The position numbers and the translations under genes are program-made. The notes beneath the pieces are model-generated. The model was not told the origin of the DNA, did not search any database, and was given only the letters and a program-made list of their open reading frames with translations. From Eledone cirrhosa (Eukaryota): a stretch of 64,000 nucleotides of DNA. Shown here in pieces: positions 38,504-52,418 of this stretch (its first letter is position 1; every line of letters begins with the position of its first letter). The DNA is taken from positions 26,260 through 90,259 of the forward strand of contig CAXHJY010000281.1 in the NCBI GenBank assembly GCA_964016885.1. Reading direction: 5' to 3'.

Positions 38504-40499
38504 GGTGTAAGTAATGCTGTGTGTTTGGTTTTGGTGTGGGTGGAGGAGATATTAGAATTGTATTTCAATACTACATCTGTTTCACATCTTTTTGTGGTTT
38601 GGTTGTTTCTTCTGTTGTATAGAGTTTGTGTTTTGTGTTATTTTGTTGGGCGTTGTTTGTGTAGAATGTGAGTTTTATGAATTGCAGTTTAACCCCAGGT
38701 CAGCCCCGATTAAACAAACTTATGATCAAAGACATTCCAGCCATGACTATCCTGTCTTTTCTGAAGACACAGTGTAACCTGAAGTGCACTATGTAAAGTG
38801 TCTTTTTTTTTTTTTTTTTCGATGGTAGGGTGACATGAAGGAAATTTGGCTTCTATTTCTAGCTGGTCAAGAGACCACTGGTGGTGTGTGGGATCAGGTG
38901 TCAATTACGTAAAAGTTTGTATTGTGTTACTTTTTGGATGATGATTGTGTAGGATATGTATTGTTTTGTGTACAGAGAATGTACTGTGTGAGATGTGTTA
39001 GTGAATTGAAAGTGTTGTGTACGGTGTGGGCTAGTCCTGGGATTGTGTGTAAAAGGTATGCTTTTTATGTTATGTCCATATTTTTTATTGGTACAGTTTT
39101 TGCTTTTGTACCTCATATCTGTTTTTATTTTTCCATTTCAAGATATTTGACAGTTTCTCCACCTCTTTCCAGATTGTTTTGGTCAGATGTGATCAGAATA
39201 CAAAGATTTTTTTTTTTTTTGTTAGTCTTGATTTTAATGTGTGCTTTTAGTCACAATAAAGAACAGTCTATATGTCTTGAATACATGCAGCGGTCTATTG
39301 TATTTTGTATGGAAAAGTACTCTATGTAATATATGTGTATTGTACCATGCGTAATAGGACCCGTCCCACCCTTACAAGCAGGAAAAAGCGGACATAAAAT
39401 GACGACGACGATGATGATTATGAGGTTCAGTCTAGTAATGTTATTTTCTGTAAGCTGTCTGTATGTTTTAGTCTAGGGGTACTCGACATAATAGGTGTGC
39501 AGTGTCTAGAAGTGCTAGTTACTGTATGTTTGTATATGTATAAGTCCGAGAGTACTCAGCATGATGTTTTTAGTGTCTATTTGAGCTATTTTCTATATAT
39601 TGTGTATATTTTTTTAAGACCTAGTGTTTGGTTATGTATTTCTCTTTGTATTTTTTTTTTTTTTTTTTCATAATTTCCAAGGCACTTGTTACAGGGATTG
39701 TTTCTGTTTTCATCTTCCACATTCAGGTTGTTTCTATTTCCAGATCTTTATATTTAGATAAATTTTCCATTTCTTTGAGAGATTGTTGTCACCTGTTGAA
39801 ACTATTACTTTCTGGTTGTTTTAAATTATCATAACGTACCAGTAATACACTGGGATAATTGCTGGCCTTGTAGAAAAAATAAATATTAGGGCGGTGGGTT
39901 GGCAGAATTATTTGCGCATCAGATGAAATGCTCTATAGTATTTCGTTATAACATTTTACATTCTGAGTTTAAGTCCAACCAAGGTCAACTTTGCCTTTCA
40001 TTTCTCCGGTGTTAAAATAAAGTACCAGTCATGAACTGGAGTTAATATACCCCCCTTCCCCCCAGTAATAACTGGTATTTGTTTCTGTGTTGTGGTTTAT
40101 TGTTGCTTTTAGGATTCTAAAAAATTTGTATGGAAGAGTTTGTTTTGTTTTTTTGTTTTTGTTTCTTTTTGTGTTTTTGCTGGGGTTTTTAGAAATATTT
40201 ATTGTATGAGTGACCATACACTCACACAATGTATTAAAAAAAAGTGCATGGCAACAAATAATTCCCCCATACCATCTTGCACACACTCTCTCTTTCTCTC
40301 TTCAACGTCAAACCCAGTTTTATGCAGATGCATATAATATTTTAGCCAACCACTCAGTTTCATTTGAAGATATAATTAATTTCACAACCATTTTCTTCTA
40401 TATTTTGTCATTATTCATTTGTTGGACAATTTCCTTTACTTCATATAATGACTGTTTAGGGCGGGAATGACTGCAATCAGATGCTCATCTGGTCACATC

Positions 40500-41800
40500 A
40501 TCTTCTGATGTACATGAGGTACATCTAAGGACAAAGACTAACCTCTCAGAGGCTGAGGCCACGAGAGCAATTAAAGTGCTTAAATGTGGCAAGGCTTCTG
40601 TAGAGGATAAAATTCAGTCAGTGATGTTAAAAGCCATGAAGCCTGGATCTCTGAAAAGGCACCAGAGCTTTGGTAATTAGGAATGACAATCCCAATTTTC
40701 AAAAAGGGAGACGAGATATTGTTCTAATTATAGAGGTATCTCCTTGTTAAGTCTCCCCAATAAAATCTAAGCTAGCTGATGAACAGTGTGGTTTATTCCC
40801 CAGACATAGCACAACCAACCAAATATTTATTCTACCACAGGTCTTGCCAAGAGATGTATGCATCTTTCATGGACCTCAAAAAGGCATTCAACCATGTTCA
40901 ATGGGATTTCTTGTAGAAGATTCTGCAGGAGTATGGGATCAATGGACAGCTTCTTGTTGCCTTGAAGTTCCTATACAAATGCTGTAGTATTTGTGTTTGG
41001 ATAAATGGTGCTAAGTTATAACCATTCAATGTAGGTGTCAGACTGTGCTGAGGGCAGTACTCTCATCTCCCTTGCTCATAATTTTCATGAAGAGGATTGG
41101 CATTTGCAGCTAAGTCGGAAGTGGTATCATGACTGCTGGGTGTAGGATCAGTTGGCTGGAATTCGCAGCCAACATAGGTACTACTTAACTTGCCGGAAGG
41201 TGATCTCCAACATGCACTGGATAGGTTTGTTGCTGAGTGCTGCACAGCAGAAATGAACATCAGTGCTGTGATGACTGAGACATTTGTCCTCTCAAGGTAC
41301 CCTGCACAGTGCACTCTACATGAGTGGAGTTCCACTGAAGCAGGTGGAGAAGTTCAAGTAATTGGGGGGGGGGGGGGGGGTCACGGGTGGTGGAAGGCAG
41401 GAAGCTGAATATAATGGAAGACTGCTGGAACTGGTACAGTAATGTGGCAGCTTAAACACTGTCATCAGAAAAAGGGAGGTATGCATAAAAGCCAAACTTA
41501 TCTTCAATTCAGTGTTCATGCTGAAAGAATATGATCATGAATACAAGCAGCTGAAATGGGTTTCCAACTCAATAGAGTGCATAGCTCAGGGTGTCACTCA
41601 AAGTGGAGTTGCTTCTTCTCCGCATGGAGAGATCAGAGTTCCAGGGCTACAGATATGTGGTTAGAATGTCTGAGGAACAAAAAACCAAACAGATTTTATG
41701 GGCAAGATGGTTGGATAACCTCTATAAGCTCGGTTGGTCTCTCTTGAGGATCCATCTAGATCATTTGGAGATAGTTGCTTCTGATAGTACCTTCTCAAGA
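40500..41800 (+). mobile_element. Old RTE-like LINE (second family), heavily decayed
   Basis: Remnant motifs PIFKKGD, SNYRGISLLSLP, DEQCG, STTNQIF and FMDLKKAFNHV read across frameshifts. Confidence 0.8.
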
Positions 41801-41839
41801 GTAAGTGTGCAAAGAAGCATATGTATATATTTATGTGTA

Positions 41840-41885
<46 letters not shown>

Positions 41886-43994
41886 AATTATATATACATA
41901 CATATACAAATTATACATATATATATATATATGTATAATTTCTATATGTATGTATGTATATATAATTTGTGTGTATATATATAGATGTATATGTATATAC
42001 ATGCACACGTGTGTATATGTAATATTTATGTCTAAATTGAACACTGCCTAAAACACAGTTTGCATGCAAAGAGAATGCAAAAAGTTGTTTTGTCTGTTCA
42101 TTCGTTAATTTAATTAATAATCATTTACCAATGAAATATAGTGCATCACGATATTTCTACTATATATATATGACTAAATTTTAAAGACATTTTAGAAATA
42201 ATTGTTGAAATTTTAATTTAAAATAACTATTGTTGTTAATGGTTAGTTAATTATTTGGTCAACCTTTATTTAATTTTGTGCAATCACTGTGGCAATCAGT
42301 GTTTTACAGGAACTCTCACCAAATCTGCCGAATTATTTTACCCATCAAACCTTTCAATGTTATTTGTTTCTCACTTAATTGTTCCTTTAAATCTCTCATT
42401 ACCAAACCATCTGAAACTAGCCTTGGTTTTATGAAACAACCAACCATTTTAAAGGGTTACTATTTAAATTAAAATTTTCCAACATAATTTTTATATAAGA
42501 ACCATATGTTAAGTTACTATCTTATTAATGAAATAATTAATAATTTTAATTTAATCCTCAAAATGATTGATTAATTAATTAATTTAAATAGAGAATATTT
42601 CATTAGAAATACTGTAATGAAAGGGTTAAATATATATTTTAATTAAGTGGTTTCTACTTTAACTTTAGACATCATTACCTCACATACACACACATTGCAA
42701 GATTTACTGGTTCCATTGCAACCAAATAAATATCTTGGTTTATTTTCAAAATTTTCCAGCCATGATTTATGAAAGCACTTGAATGTTTTGCATCTGAAAA
42801 TTATTAAGTCCTGTCTTGTATTCGTTAAATGTTTTGTAGTTGATTTAAGCCTATTCATTACAGTTAATCTGTCAATGGTTATGTATGGTACTGTAATGAA
42901 TCTCTAACTAATCTCTAACTAATCCAATAATTCTCCTCCTCTCTATCTCTCCATGCAGTATTCAAACAGCTACTTGAACTTTTGGCATATTTTAACAAAC
43001 TAAAATTAAATCTAAATTGTATGCATTTCACCATATTCCACCTGGTTTGATATGTTTTAACATTCTCAAAGACCGTGTTCTTTATAGGTCAATAGTAGAA
43101 GTAAAATAACCCTTGGGGGGGGGGGGGGGGGGGGGTTTATATATTTCATTGTTTCTTAATTTCTATTTTCAGACTTTTTTTTTATCTATGTTACTATCAT
43201 TCTTTCATTACATAAAGGAATACAGGTTTAAATGGCACTTGTATTGTAACTGATTAGGAACACCCCACTTAAGACCTGCCATTATGTAATGATTGTCTTG
43301 GGTTTTATCAGCCTGTTGGAGCTATGAGAACTCCACTGAAGATGTAACCTAATTGACTTGTTGGCATCCATTCCTCTCCAATATATAACTCTATAAGACG
43401 AGCTTTGTCAATCTTATGAACCATTTATTAATTTTTACAGTGATGCTGCTGCTTGGGACTTTGAACAATGAACTGTTCCTTCCTATTCTATGGTACCTAT
43501 TTACAGCTGCATGAACTGGGCCATTTATTTGTAAGTTTAGATATCATACTGAGCCAGTAACCAAATATGAAAGACCTATTTCTCAACAAGTTGTCTCATA
43601 CCAACTCAACTCTTTGTTATTGTTCTTCTTCTTCGCTCACTTATTCTTGTGAGGGTCGTGGAAGCAGAGTCCTCAAACACTCCCTCCAGTGGGTCTTGTC
43701 AGAAGCAACTGCCTCCAACTGATCTGGCTGGATCTCTAAGCATGATCAGCCAACCTCATGGATTTTATCCAACCATCTTGCTCAGGGTCTACCTCTTGGT
43801 CTCTTTGTTGTGTCATAGAAAAACAACTTAATTCTAATTGTTAAAGAAAACACTACTATTACTTTATAATTATGAAGTTTAAAATTTACGTCGGTAAAAT
43901 ATGTATTTTTATATAAGGATGTCTATATGTTAATGTGCAAAAACATCAAAGCACAAATGAGTCAAGAGGAACACTGATTCTCTGTTTCTTATGT

Positions 43995-44306
43995 GATAGA
44001 TATATGTATATGTATATGTAGATATATATATATATTTATGTATATATATATATATATATATTTATGTATATATATATATATATTTATGTATATATATATA
44101 TATTTATGTATATATATATATATATATATTTATGTATATATATATATATATATATTTATGTGTATATATATATATATATATATATTTATGTATATATATA
44201 CATAAATATGTGTATATATGTATATATATATGGGTATATATATATGTATATATATGTGTGTATATATATATGTATATATATATATGTGTATATATATGTA
44301 TATATA

Positions 44307-44337
<31 letters not shown>

Positions 44338-44650
44338 GTGTATATATATATGTGTATATATATATATGTATATTAAGATAGGGGGGGGGAGAAAAAATGG
44401 CTTCACTTGTGCTTTCAACAAATTTATTTTCTTCACAAAATCCAAAAATAATTTTTCTTTTGGATTTTGTGAAGAAAATAAATTTGTTGAAAGCACAAGT
44501 GAAGCCATTTTTTCTTCCCCCCTATCTTAATATACCTAACTGTACCAAGGATTACACACATTTTCCAACATATATGTATATATATATATATGTATATATA
44601 TGTATATATATGTATATATATGTATATATATGTATATATATGTATATATA

Positions 44651-44683
<33 letters not shown>

Positions 44684-44772
44684 ATATATATATATGTATA
44701 TATGTATATATATATATATATGTATATATATGTATATATATATATATATATGTATATATATGTATATATATG

Positions 44773-44807
<35 letters not shown>

Positions 44808-45452
44808 GTATATATATATGTGTATATATATATGTGTATATATATATATGTATATATATATATGTATATATATATATGTATATATATATATGTATATATA
44901 TATATGTATATATATATGTGTATATATATATGTATATATATATATATGTGTATATATATGTGTATATATATATGTATATAGATATATGTATATAGATATA
45001 TGTATATAGATATATGTATATAGATGTATGCATCGGTAGGGGTTCTCCTACATGGATATAAAGTAGTGGCCGTACTCGAAAACGAGTTGGCAGCCACCAT
45101 ATATATATGTATGTATGTATGTATGTATATATGTATGTATATATATATGTATATATATGTATATATATATATGTATATATATATGTATATGTATATGTAT
45201 ATGTATATATATATGTATATGTATATGTATATATATATGTATATATATATATGTATATATATATGTATGTATATATGTATATATATATGTATATAGATAT
45301 ATGTATGTATATATGTATATATATATGTATATAGATATATGTATATAGATATATGTATATATATATGTATATATATATATATGTATATATATATATGTAT
45401 ATATATATATATGTATATATATATATGTATATATATATATGTATATATATAT

Positions 45453-45485
<33 letters not shown>

Positions 45486-46068
45486 TATATGTATATGTAT
45501 ATATAATGTATATATGTATATGTATATATAATGTATATATATATATGTATGTATGTATATATATATGTATATATGTATATATATGTATGTATGTATATAT
45601 ATATGTATATATGTATATATATGTATGTATGTATATATATATGTATATATGTATATATAATGTATGTATATATAATGTATAGATATATGTATGTATATAT
45701 AATGTATATATATATGTATGTATATATAATGTATATATATATATATGTATGTGTATATATATATAATGTATGTATATATCTATGTATATGTATGTATATA
45801 TATGTATATATATATGTGTATGTATATATATATATATGTATATATATATGTGTATGTATATATATATATATGTATATATATATGTGTATGTATATGTATA
45901 TATATGTGTGTATATATATGTGTGTATATATATATGTGTATATATATATATGTATGTATATGTATATGTATGTATATGTGTATATGTATATGTATGTATA
46001 TGTATATATATATATGTATGTATATATATGTATATATATATGTATATATATATGTATGTATATATATG

Positions 46069-46101
<33 letters not shown>

Positions 46102-46415
46102 GTATATATATGTATGTATATATGTATATGTATATATATATGTATGTGTATATGTATATATATATGTTTGTGTATATATATATGTTTGTGTATATGTATA
46201 TGTATATATATGTATATATATGTACATATATATATGTATATATATGTACATATATATATGTATATATATGTACATATATATATGTATATATATGTATGTA
46301 CATATATATATGTATATATATATATATGTATATATATGTACATATATATATGTGTATATATATATATGTGTATATGTATATATATGTGTGTATATATGTA
46401 TATATATGTGTATAG
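43995..46415. repeat. About 2.4-kb compound (TA)n/(TATG)n/(TATATG)n microsatellite with two embedded unique islands
   Basis: Directly visible; the long Y/I/M/C/H ORFs in the track are artefacts of it. Confidence 0.98.
44368..44535. repeat. Long inverted repeat (58-bp perfect core, 10-nt spacer)
   Basis: 44390-44447 is the exact reverse complement of 44458-44515; outer arms ttaagataggggg / cccctatcttaa. Confidence 0.97.
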
Positions 46416-47608
46416 ATGTTATTTCCTATTCTACTGACCAAAAAAAAAAATCCAACAAACATGAAAATAGTATTAGAGTTTGTAAGCAGTGTATGTTCAA
46501 CTCTTAGTTAAATCATTTCATTTACTCATTAAATATGGCATTTTTGCAACCAGTCAACATTGTAGACGGGTGAACTTTGCCCTTGACATACCTCATAGAT
46601 AGGGTCTACTGATTTGATAAATTGTTAACTTCATAAGGGGACAGGGATGAAAGGGATGTTGCATTGTTTAGTAATAAAGTAGACTCTTTGCTTTAGTAGT
46701 TTTATAAAATCTATGCATGTTTGAAGTTTGAAAATGAATGTTGAGTTATTAGTGTAGTTTTGGCTATTATTAATTCATAGGTTTCATTTTTTTATCTTGA
46801 CCTTAGCAGATATTTTGTTGTCACATAATGTCATAGGACAGACAGTAATTGTAAAAGATTGTTCTAATAATTTATTCAAGGGAGATTACCATTCAGTTGA
46901 ATATGCAATTTCATTTAGTTGGAATATAAATTTATCATCAATAACACATTTCTTTGAGTCTTCCTAGCCAACACAACAGTAGTTACTCCAGCTATCACAT
47001 TTGACTTATTGCTATCTGTCTGACCACCTATGTATCCCCCTCCCCACCACTCTCTCTCTCTGAATAAGATTTTTTGGGGGGGAGTTAGGCCAAGAAATCT
47101 AGCAGTATTTAGATTACTTTGTTCAGTTAATCGACAAATGTGTTAAGGATAATCATTATTATTAGGCATTGGATTGGCAGAATTGTTAGAGTCAGACAAA
47201 TGCTTAGAAGCATTTGTTCTGGCTCTTTACATTCCGAGTTAAAATCACACCAAAACCGTTCTTCCTTTCAAGGTCAATCAAATAAAATACCAATCAAATA
47301 CTGTAGTCTTTATTATCAACTTTTCCTTCCCCACAAAATCCTGGCCATATGCCAATTTTAGAAAGAATTATTAATTGTAGAAATAATTTTCCTACCCAAT
47401 TTTAACAAATATCTATAAAAAAAAAATGATTTTTCTCTTTTCTGAACTCAAATTCTACCCAAATTGGAATTTTATTAACAGTAGTGAAATGTTGTTTAAT
47501 CCCAGGTCAGCTCCATAAACTTATGATCAGACATTCCAGCCATGACTATCATATCTCATTCACTGAATGTTTTGAGAACTACATTCTCAAATATGTCCTC
47601 CTTTCCCT

Positions 47609-47824
47609 TTAACCCTTTAGTATTCATATTACTCTATATATACTATTATATTTTCATGGTAAAGGCTTTACCTCGCATAATTATCTCACATAATATCGAA
47701 TCTGAGATTTTGAAAGTATTTATTTTGAGAACAATACCTTAACATCAGTTTGAGCAACCAGTTACAACCAGTTTCAACAGAAAGAGGTAGAGAATTCTGA
47801 CCGGTTTGAACATTAAAGGGTTAA
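47609..47824. mobile_element. piggyBac-type MITE
   Basis: TTAA|ccctttag ... taaaggg|TTAA. Confidence 0.85.
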
Positions 47825-48328
47825 GACAGTAAGGTGAAAATTTCAGGGAAATTTTATTAACCTTGATTGTTAATTTTTGTAGCAATCAACTATTGTTAGT
47901 TATTCTCTGTATTTAAGGATTTCTACATTTTCTAATACGTAAGATATAGAGATGATATTAAGAAAATGTTACTTAAAATTTCTTCAAGTCAGAATTAACT
48001 CAGTCCCTCAGAAATGAAATTTAAGATATTTAAGCTGTTAAATTGTAATCATTTTCATTATTAACTCTACATGCAGATGATAATGTATATATGTGTATAT
48101 AATTGGCATGCTGGTTTTTTGTGTATTTTCATGGGTAACGGGTGTAAGTCATACACAAGTATGTACATATATATATAATAATAATAATAATGAAATTATT
48201 GTGTAAAGTGCTCAGGTGCACTACAACTCGTCAAAGGTGTATGTAAAGTACATAATTGTGTGTGTGTGTGTAACTGTGGTTGCCCCCTGATACAACTTGG
48301 TAATCTGCATATTATATATATATATATA

Positions 48329-48363
<35 letters not shown>

Positions 48364-48896
48364 ATATATGTGTGTGTGTATATATGTGTGTGTGTGTGTG
48401 TATATATCTACGCACACACATACATATAGATAGATAGATCAAGTATTTTAAGGCCATTTCCCATGTTAAAAATTGTTATCCTTGTAGAGCTTGTGACAGG
48501 TTTCATACTTATCATGGGGACCCGTTTTACACAACCAGATGCCCATCTTGGCACCAACATGTTTAGTGACTTCTTGCAACATGTGCAATTGTAGCTAAAA
48601 CAAATCTGAGTTTACATATGCACTATCTATAAATTATCCATGTGACATGTTTTCTGTTGTAATTTACACTTTGACAACTTGTCTTCCATTTCTTGACTTT
48701 TTCAAGAACACTTTCATCATCTACCATTCCACCCACAAGCAGTAGAAGCTCTTGTGGGAGAACTATGTTTGTGTGTGTGTGTGTAGGCACCCATAACTTC
48801 TGATGGAGTCGTAGAAGTGCCGTATTGACGTACAGCTTTTTGGGGGCATTTTTAAAACCTGGCAGAGTGCATCTCCTCTCCAGTTCTTAATACAGT

Positions 48897-48933
<37 letters not shown>

Positions 48934-51792
48934 GAGAAAGAGGAAGAATCAACCTCAATGCTGGATTAGTACTTGTTTTATATCGATCATGAAAGGCAAA
49001 GTTATCTCAGCAGAGAGCTGGAGCAAATACTACAAAGCATTCTATTCAACATTGTAATGATTCTACCAATATGCCATCAATACAGGAGAAGTATGATAAT
49101 GATAAAATACTTTTATTTGTCATGTTAATAACATAGGAAATCTGTGTATGGTTATCAACCCTTCAGTATTTCTGACCCTTCAATTGACATCAATAGTGAT
49201 CCCTATTATTCTTGGTTAAAGTAATTTATCCTGCATAAGACTATTTAACAGCAATTATCCCACATAAGACGCTGTTTAACTGCAACAAATTAAAGACAAA
49301 CCACTAAATTTATTATTATTTTAATTTTATTTTTAAGGGTTTGTTTAGTTTCCGGTCATCTTTAATCAAAGGTGCTTCATCACATTTTTATTTGGCATAG
49401 TGTATCTAAGTACATTATCTAATGTCATTTGTTTTCTTTAAGGGTACAGTGTTCCATTTCTATTTTCTATCAAGCTGTGTGACCATATAGACTCCCTTTT
49501 GGTTTTTTCTTGCTTTCTGAAATTAAATAGTTTTTCTCAGCCAAATAATTTATACTTGATCACTTCAAGGTCAATAAATGAAGTTCAAGTACCAGTAATT
49601 ATCATTACCATCATCATCCTTTTTACGTCTTCTCCATGTTTGCATGGCTTGGGCGAATTGATGCATATATTATTAGCCGTGCTTTTCATAATTTTTTGGC
49701 AGGGTCTTTTTTTTTTTTTGCTGGATGCTCCTCTTATCACCAATCACTTTACAGCATGGTCTGGGTACATTTTATTGTGTTCCCAGCCCTAGAGAGGTTG
49801 ACTAACAGGACTTAAGTGTCTTCTCTACTCTCTAGAGTCTTTCTTCAGAGTGACTGCTCTCGTAGACGGGTTACATTCATTATGACTTACAGAGCTCACA
49901 CCTACCCCCCCTGCAGCCTTATTTATTCCTTCTGTTCTAACTCTTACATGCTCTTCCCAAGGTTTAGTGTGTGTATAATATAGTAAATGGATTTTCTGTT
50001 AATTTCAACTAAATGTTTCCACCTGTTCCATTAACTGAACTTACCTACTCATTAAATTATAGTATATGTGACTAAGTATTCCACTGATACTTGTACCATT
50101 AACATAATATTTTAGGAAGTATGAATGTGAAACAAAGCTGGCCATTATAGGTGCAGTATATTTCATGGGCTTCCATAAAATTTCTGTCTACCAAATTTTA
50201 CTCGCAAACTTTGGGGTGATCATTGGGGTCTATTAATCAATTACGAAGCAATTTTCTTTGACCTAGTGTTATTATGTTCCCCAGGTATGTAACTGTTTGT
50301 CTTGTTGTAGAAGCTGCTGGGTTGAGGGTCATTTATGAAACAAACCATCTCCATCTTATCAAAGATAAGATTGAAGTGTTGGTGGTAAATGTCTTAAGAT
50401 TAAATATGTCCATCTGTGTGATGAACCTTGCTTTTGTTATAACATTGCCTCTCAAACTACATACAAACTTTCTTCACTAACGAAATCATTCCAGATTTTA
50501 GGGCATGGAGTGGTTACTTTTTGCTGTTGTTTTTAAATATTTCAATACTTTTATTTTTCCATTTATTAATGCTATTAATTACTGTGTAATTTTAGTAACT
50601 AAAGCTTTTGTATGTTCATTTGCACATGCATACACATAAATAAACATAGATATTCCATAGAGAAAGAAATAGAAATTTTATATTTTCAATAATTAATACA
50701 CTTAAAATATTTTAGAAAAAGTAAAAAAAATTCAGAAGCATCCAAAATGGACAATGTTACTTTGGTTTTTGTTCTTTGCTGAAGAACATTAATGGAATGA
50801 ACCCATTACTGCCAAATTCCTTTCTTTATAAACGCACCACTGCCAACAAATAGTGACTTTAGACAAAAGCCTTTGCAACTTCTTACAGAATGTAAAACTT
50901 ATTTCTTTTGTAAGATTTTTTTGTTACAATACATTTTTCTAGGATATCTGCATATTTGTCTGATCTCTGATGCTTTTAACTTAATAATCATGCAGACAAT
51001 TAATGTAGAGCATTGGGCAGGAAGCCTTATGCTGGTTAGTTATGTCCCTTTATGATCTGGGTCCAGTCAACTTTGCCTTTTTTAATCTTGGATTGATGAA
51101 ATAGTATCGGTGAAATATTAAGATCACTTTTTCACATCACCCTTACACCCTTAGTTAGTTATTATTTATATTATTATTTGTAAGGCATAAATAGCTGTAC
51201 ACATACTGCATCCTTTTTGACAGTATGTATATTCATTATAAAAATGAGGCATGTTATGTAATAGGGTAGAAGTTTCCTAATTTAATGACAAGAAAATATT
51301 TTTCTTAGTATATTTTTTTAATATTGATTTTTTTTTTTCTATTAAACTGCAGAACAATTGACATTGTTTAGTTTTTAGGGAGACAATTATATCTAAAAAA
51401 ATTGCACAATATAATTATTTCTTCATTGCTATCTTCTATTTGTTCTGTATTAATATTGGTGTAAGGTGAGCTTGGTATTTTTAATTAAGTTTGTCTATTG
51501 TTGGAACCATACCCTTTATAACTGTTAAATGACTCAACTGTGAGATAACAAGGAGAGCACTTTCGTTTTTCTTTTTTTCTATTATTATTCTATAAATCAG
51601 GTGAACTGAGCCAAACGCCAAATAATTTTGTGATAGTCCAGAGCACAACGGTAGTAGGAGGTTTTGAACTTACAACTAACATAGTCAGCAGTTATCACAG
51701 GCATCTATACCATGTAAACTGATGTAAAACGTTTTTGGTGTTGTTTCTTATATACACAGTTTTAGGTGTGGCTGTGTATGCATGTGGTTTAA

Positions 51793-52010
51793 TTAACCCT
51801 TTAGCATTTAAACTGGCCGTATCCAGCCAGAATTCTCTCACCTCTTTCTGTTCAAACCAGCTGTTCATCCTTTTTTAAAGTATTGTTCTCAAAATAAATA
51901 ATACCAAAATCTCATAGATTCAATATTTTATGAGATAATTATGTTAGATAAAGCCTTTACCATTAAAATACAATAGTAAATATATAGTAATGTAAATACT
52001 AAAGGGTTAA
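51793..52010. mobile_element. piggyBac-type MITE (opposite orientation)
   Basis: TTAA|ccctttagcattta ... taaatactaaaggg|TTAA. Confidence 0.88.
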
Positions 52011-52376
52011 GGGATTAATCTGTTCAGGGTCTCCTTGCCACACCTGTTATTTCTTGTCTTGTTCTTACCTTTTTCTTTTTATGATTTTTATTTAAAAAAT
52101 TTTTTTTTTTGTTTTTGTTTCTGAAACAAAAAGAAATGGAATTATTAATCATGATGTTTAAGGAAATTTTCTTTTTCATGTGTGTGTGCATGTGTGTGTT
52201 TGTTTATTGAATTAATGACTCTTACAGGACTAGTTCTATTATACATGTTATACATGTGTGTTTGTGTATGCTTACATTAAAAAGGCAAAAATGTGCTTTT
52301 ATGAAGATTACACACAAGAAAAGGCTAAAAAGTGAATATTTGTTTGCCTATTTTGTTTTGTTTTAAAATGTATATG

Positions 52377-52418
<42 letters not shown>

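Noticed and set aside
43993-46507. Long ORFs up to 636 aa (YIYIHT/MYICV-rich)
   Set aside because: Stop-free translations of TA/TG microsatellite in all frames; not genes.
51601-51722. Acceptor-like site followed by a 40-codon open frame
   Set aside because: No similarity to a known protein, contains a reversed SINE B-box-like ggttttgaactt, and no phase-compatible upstream donor is established.
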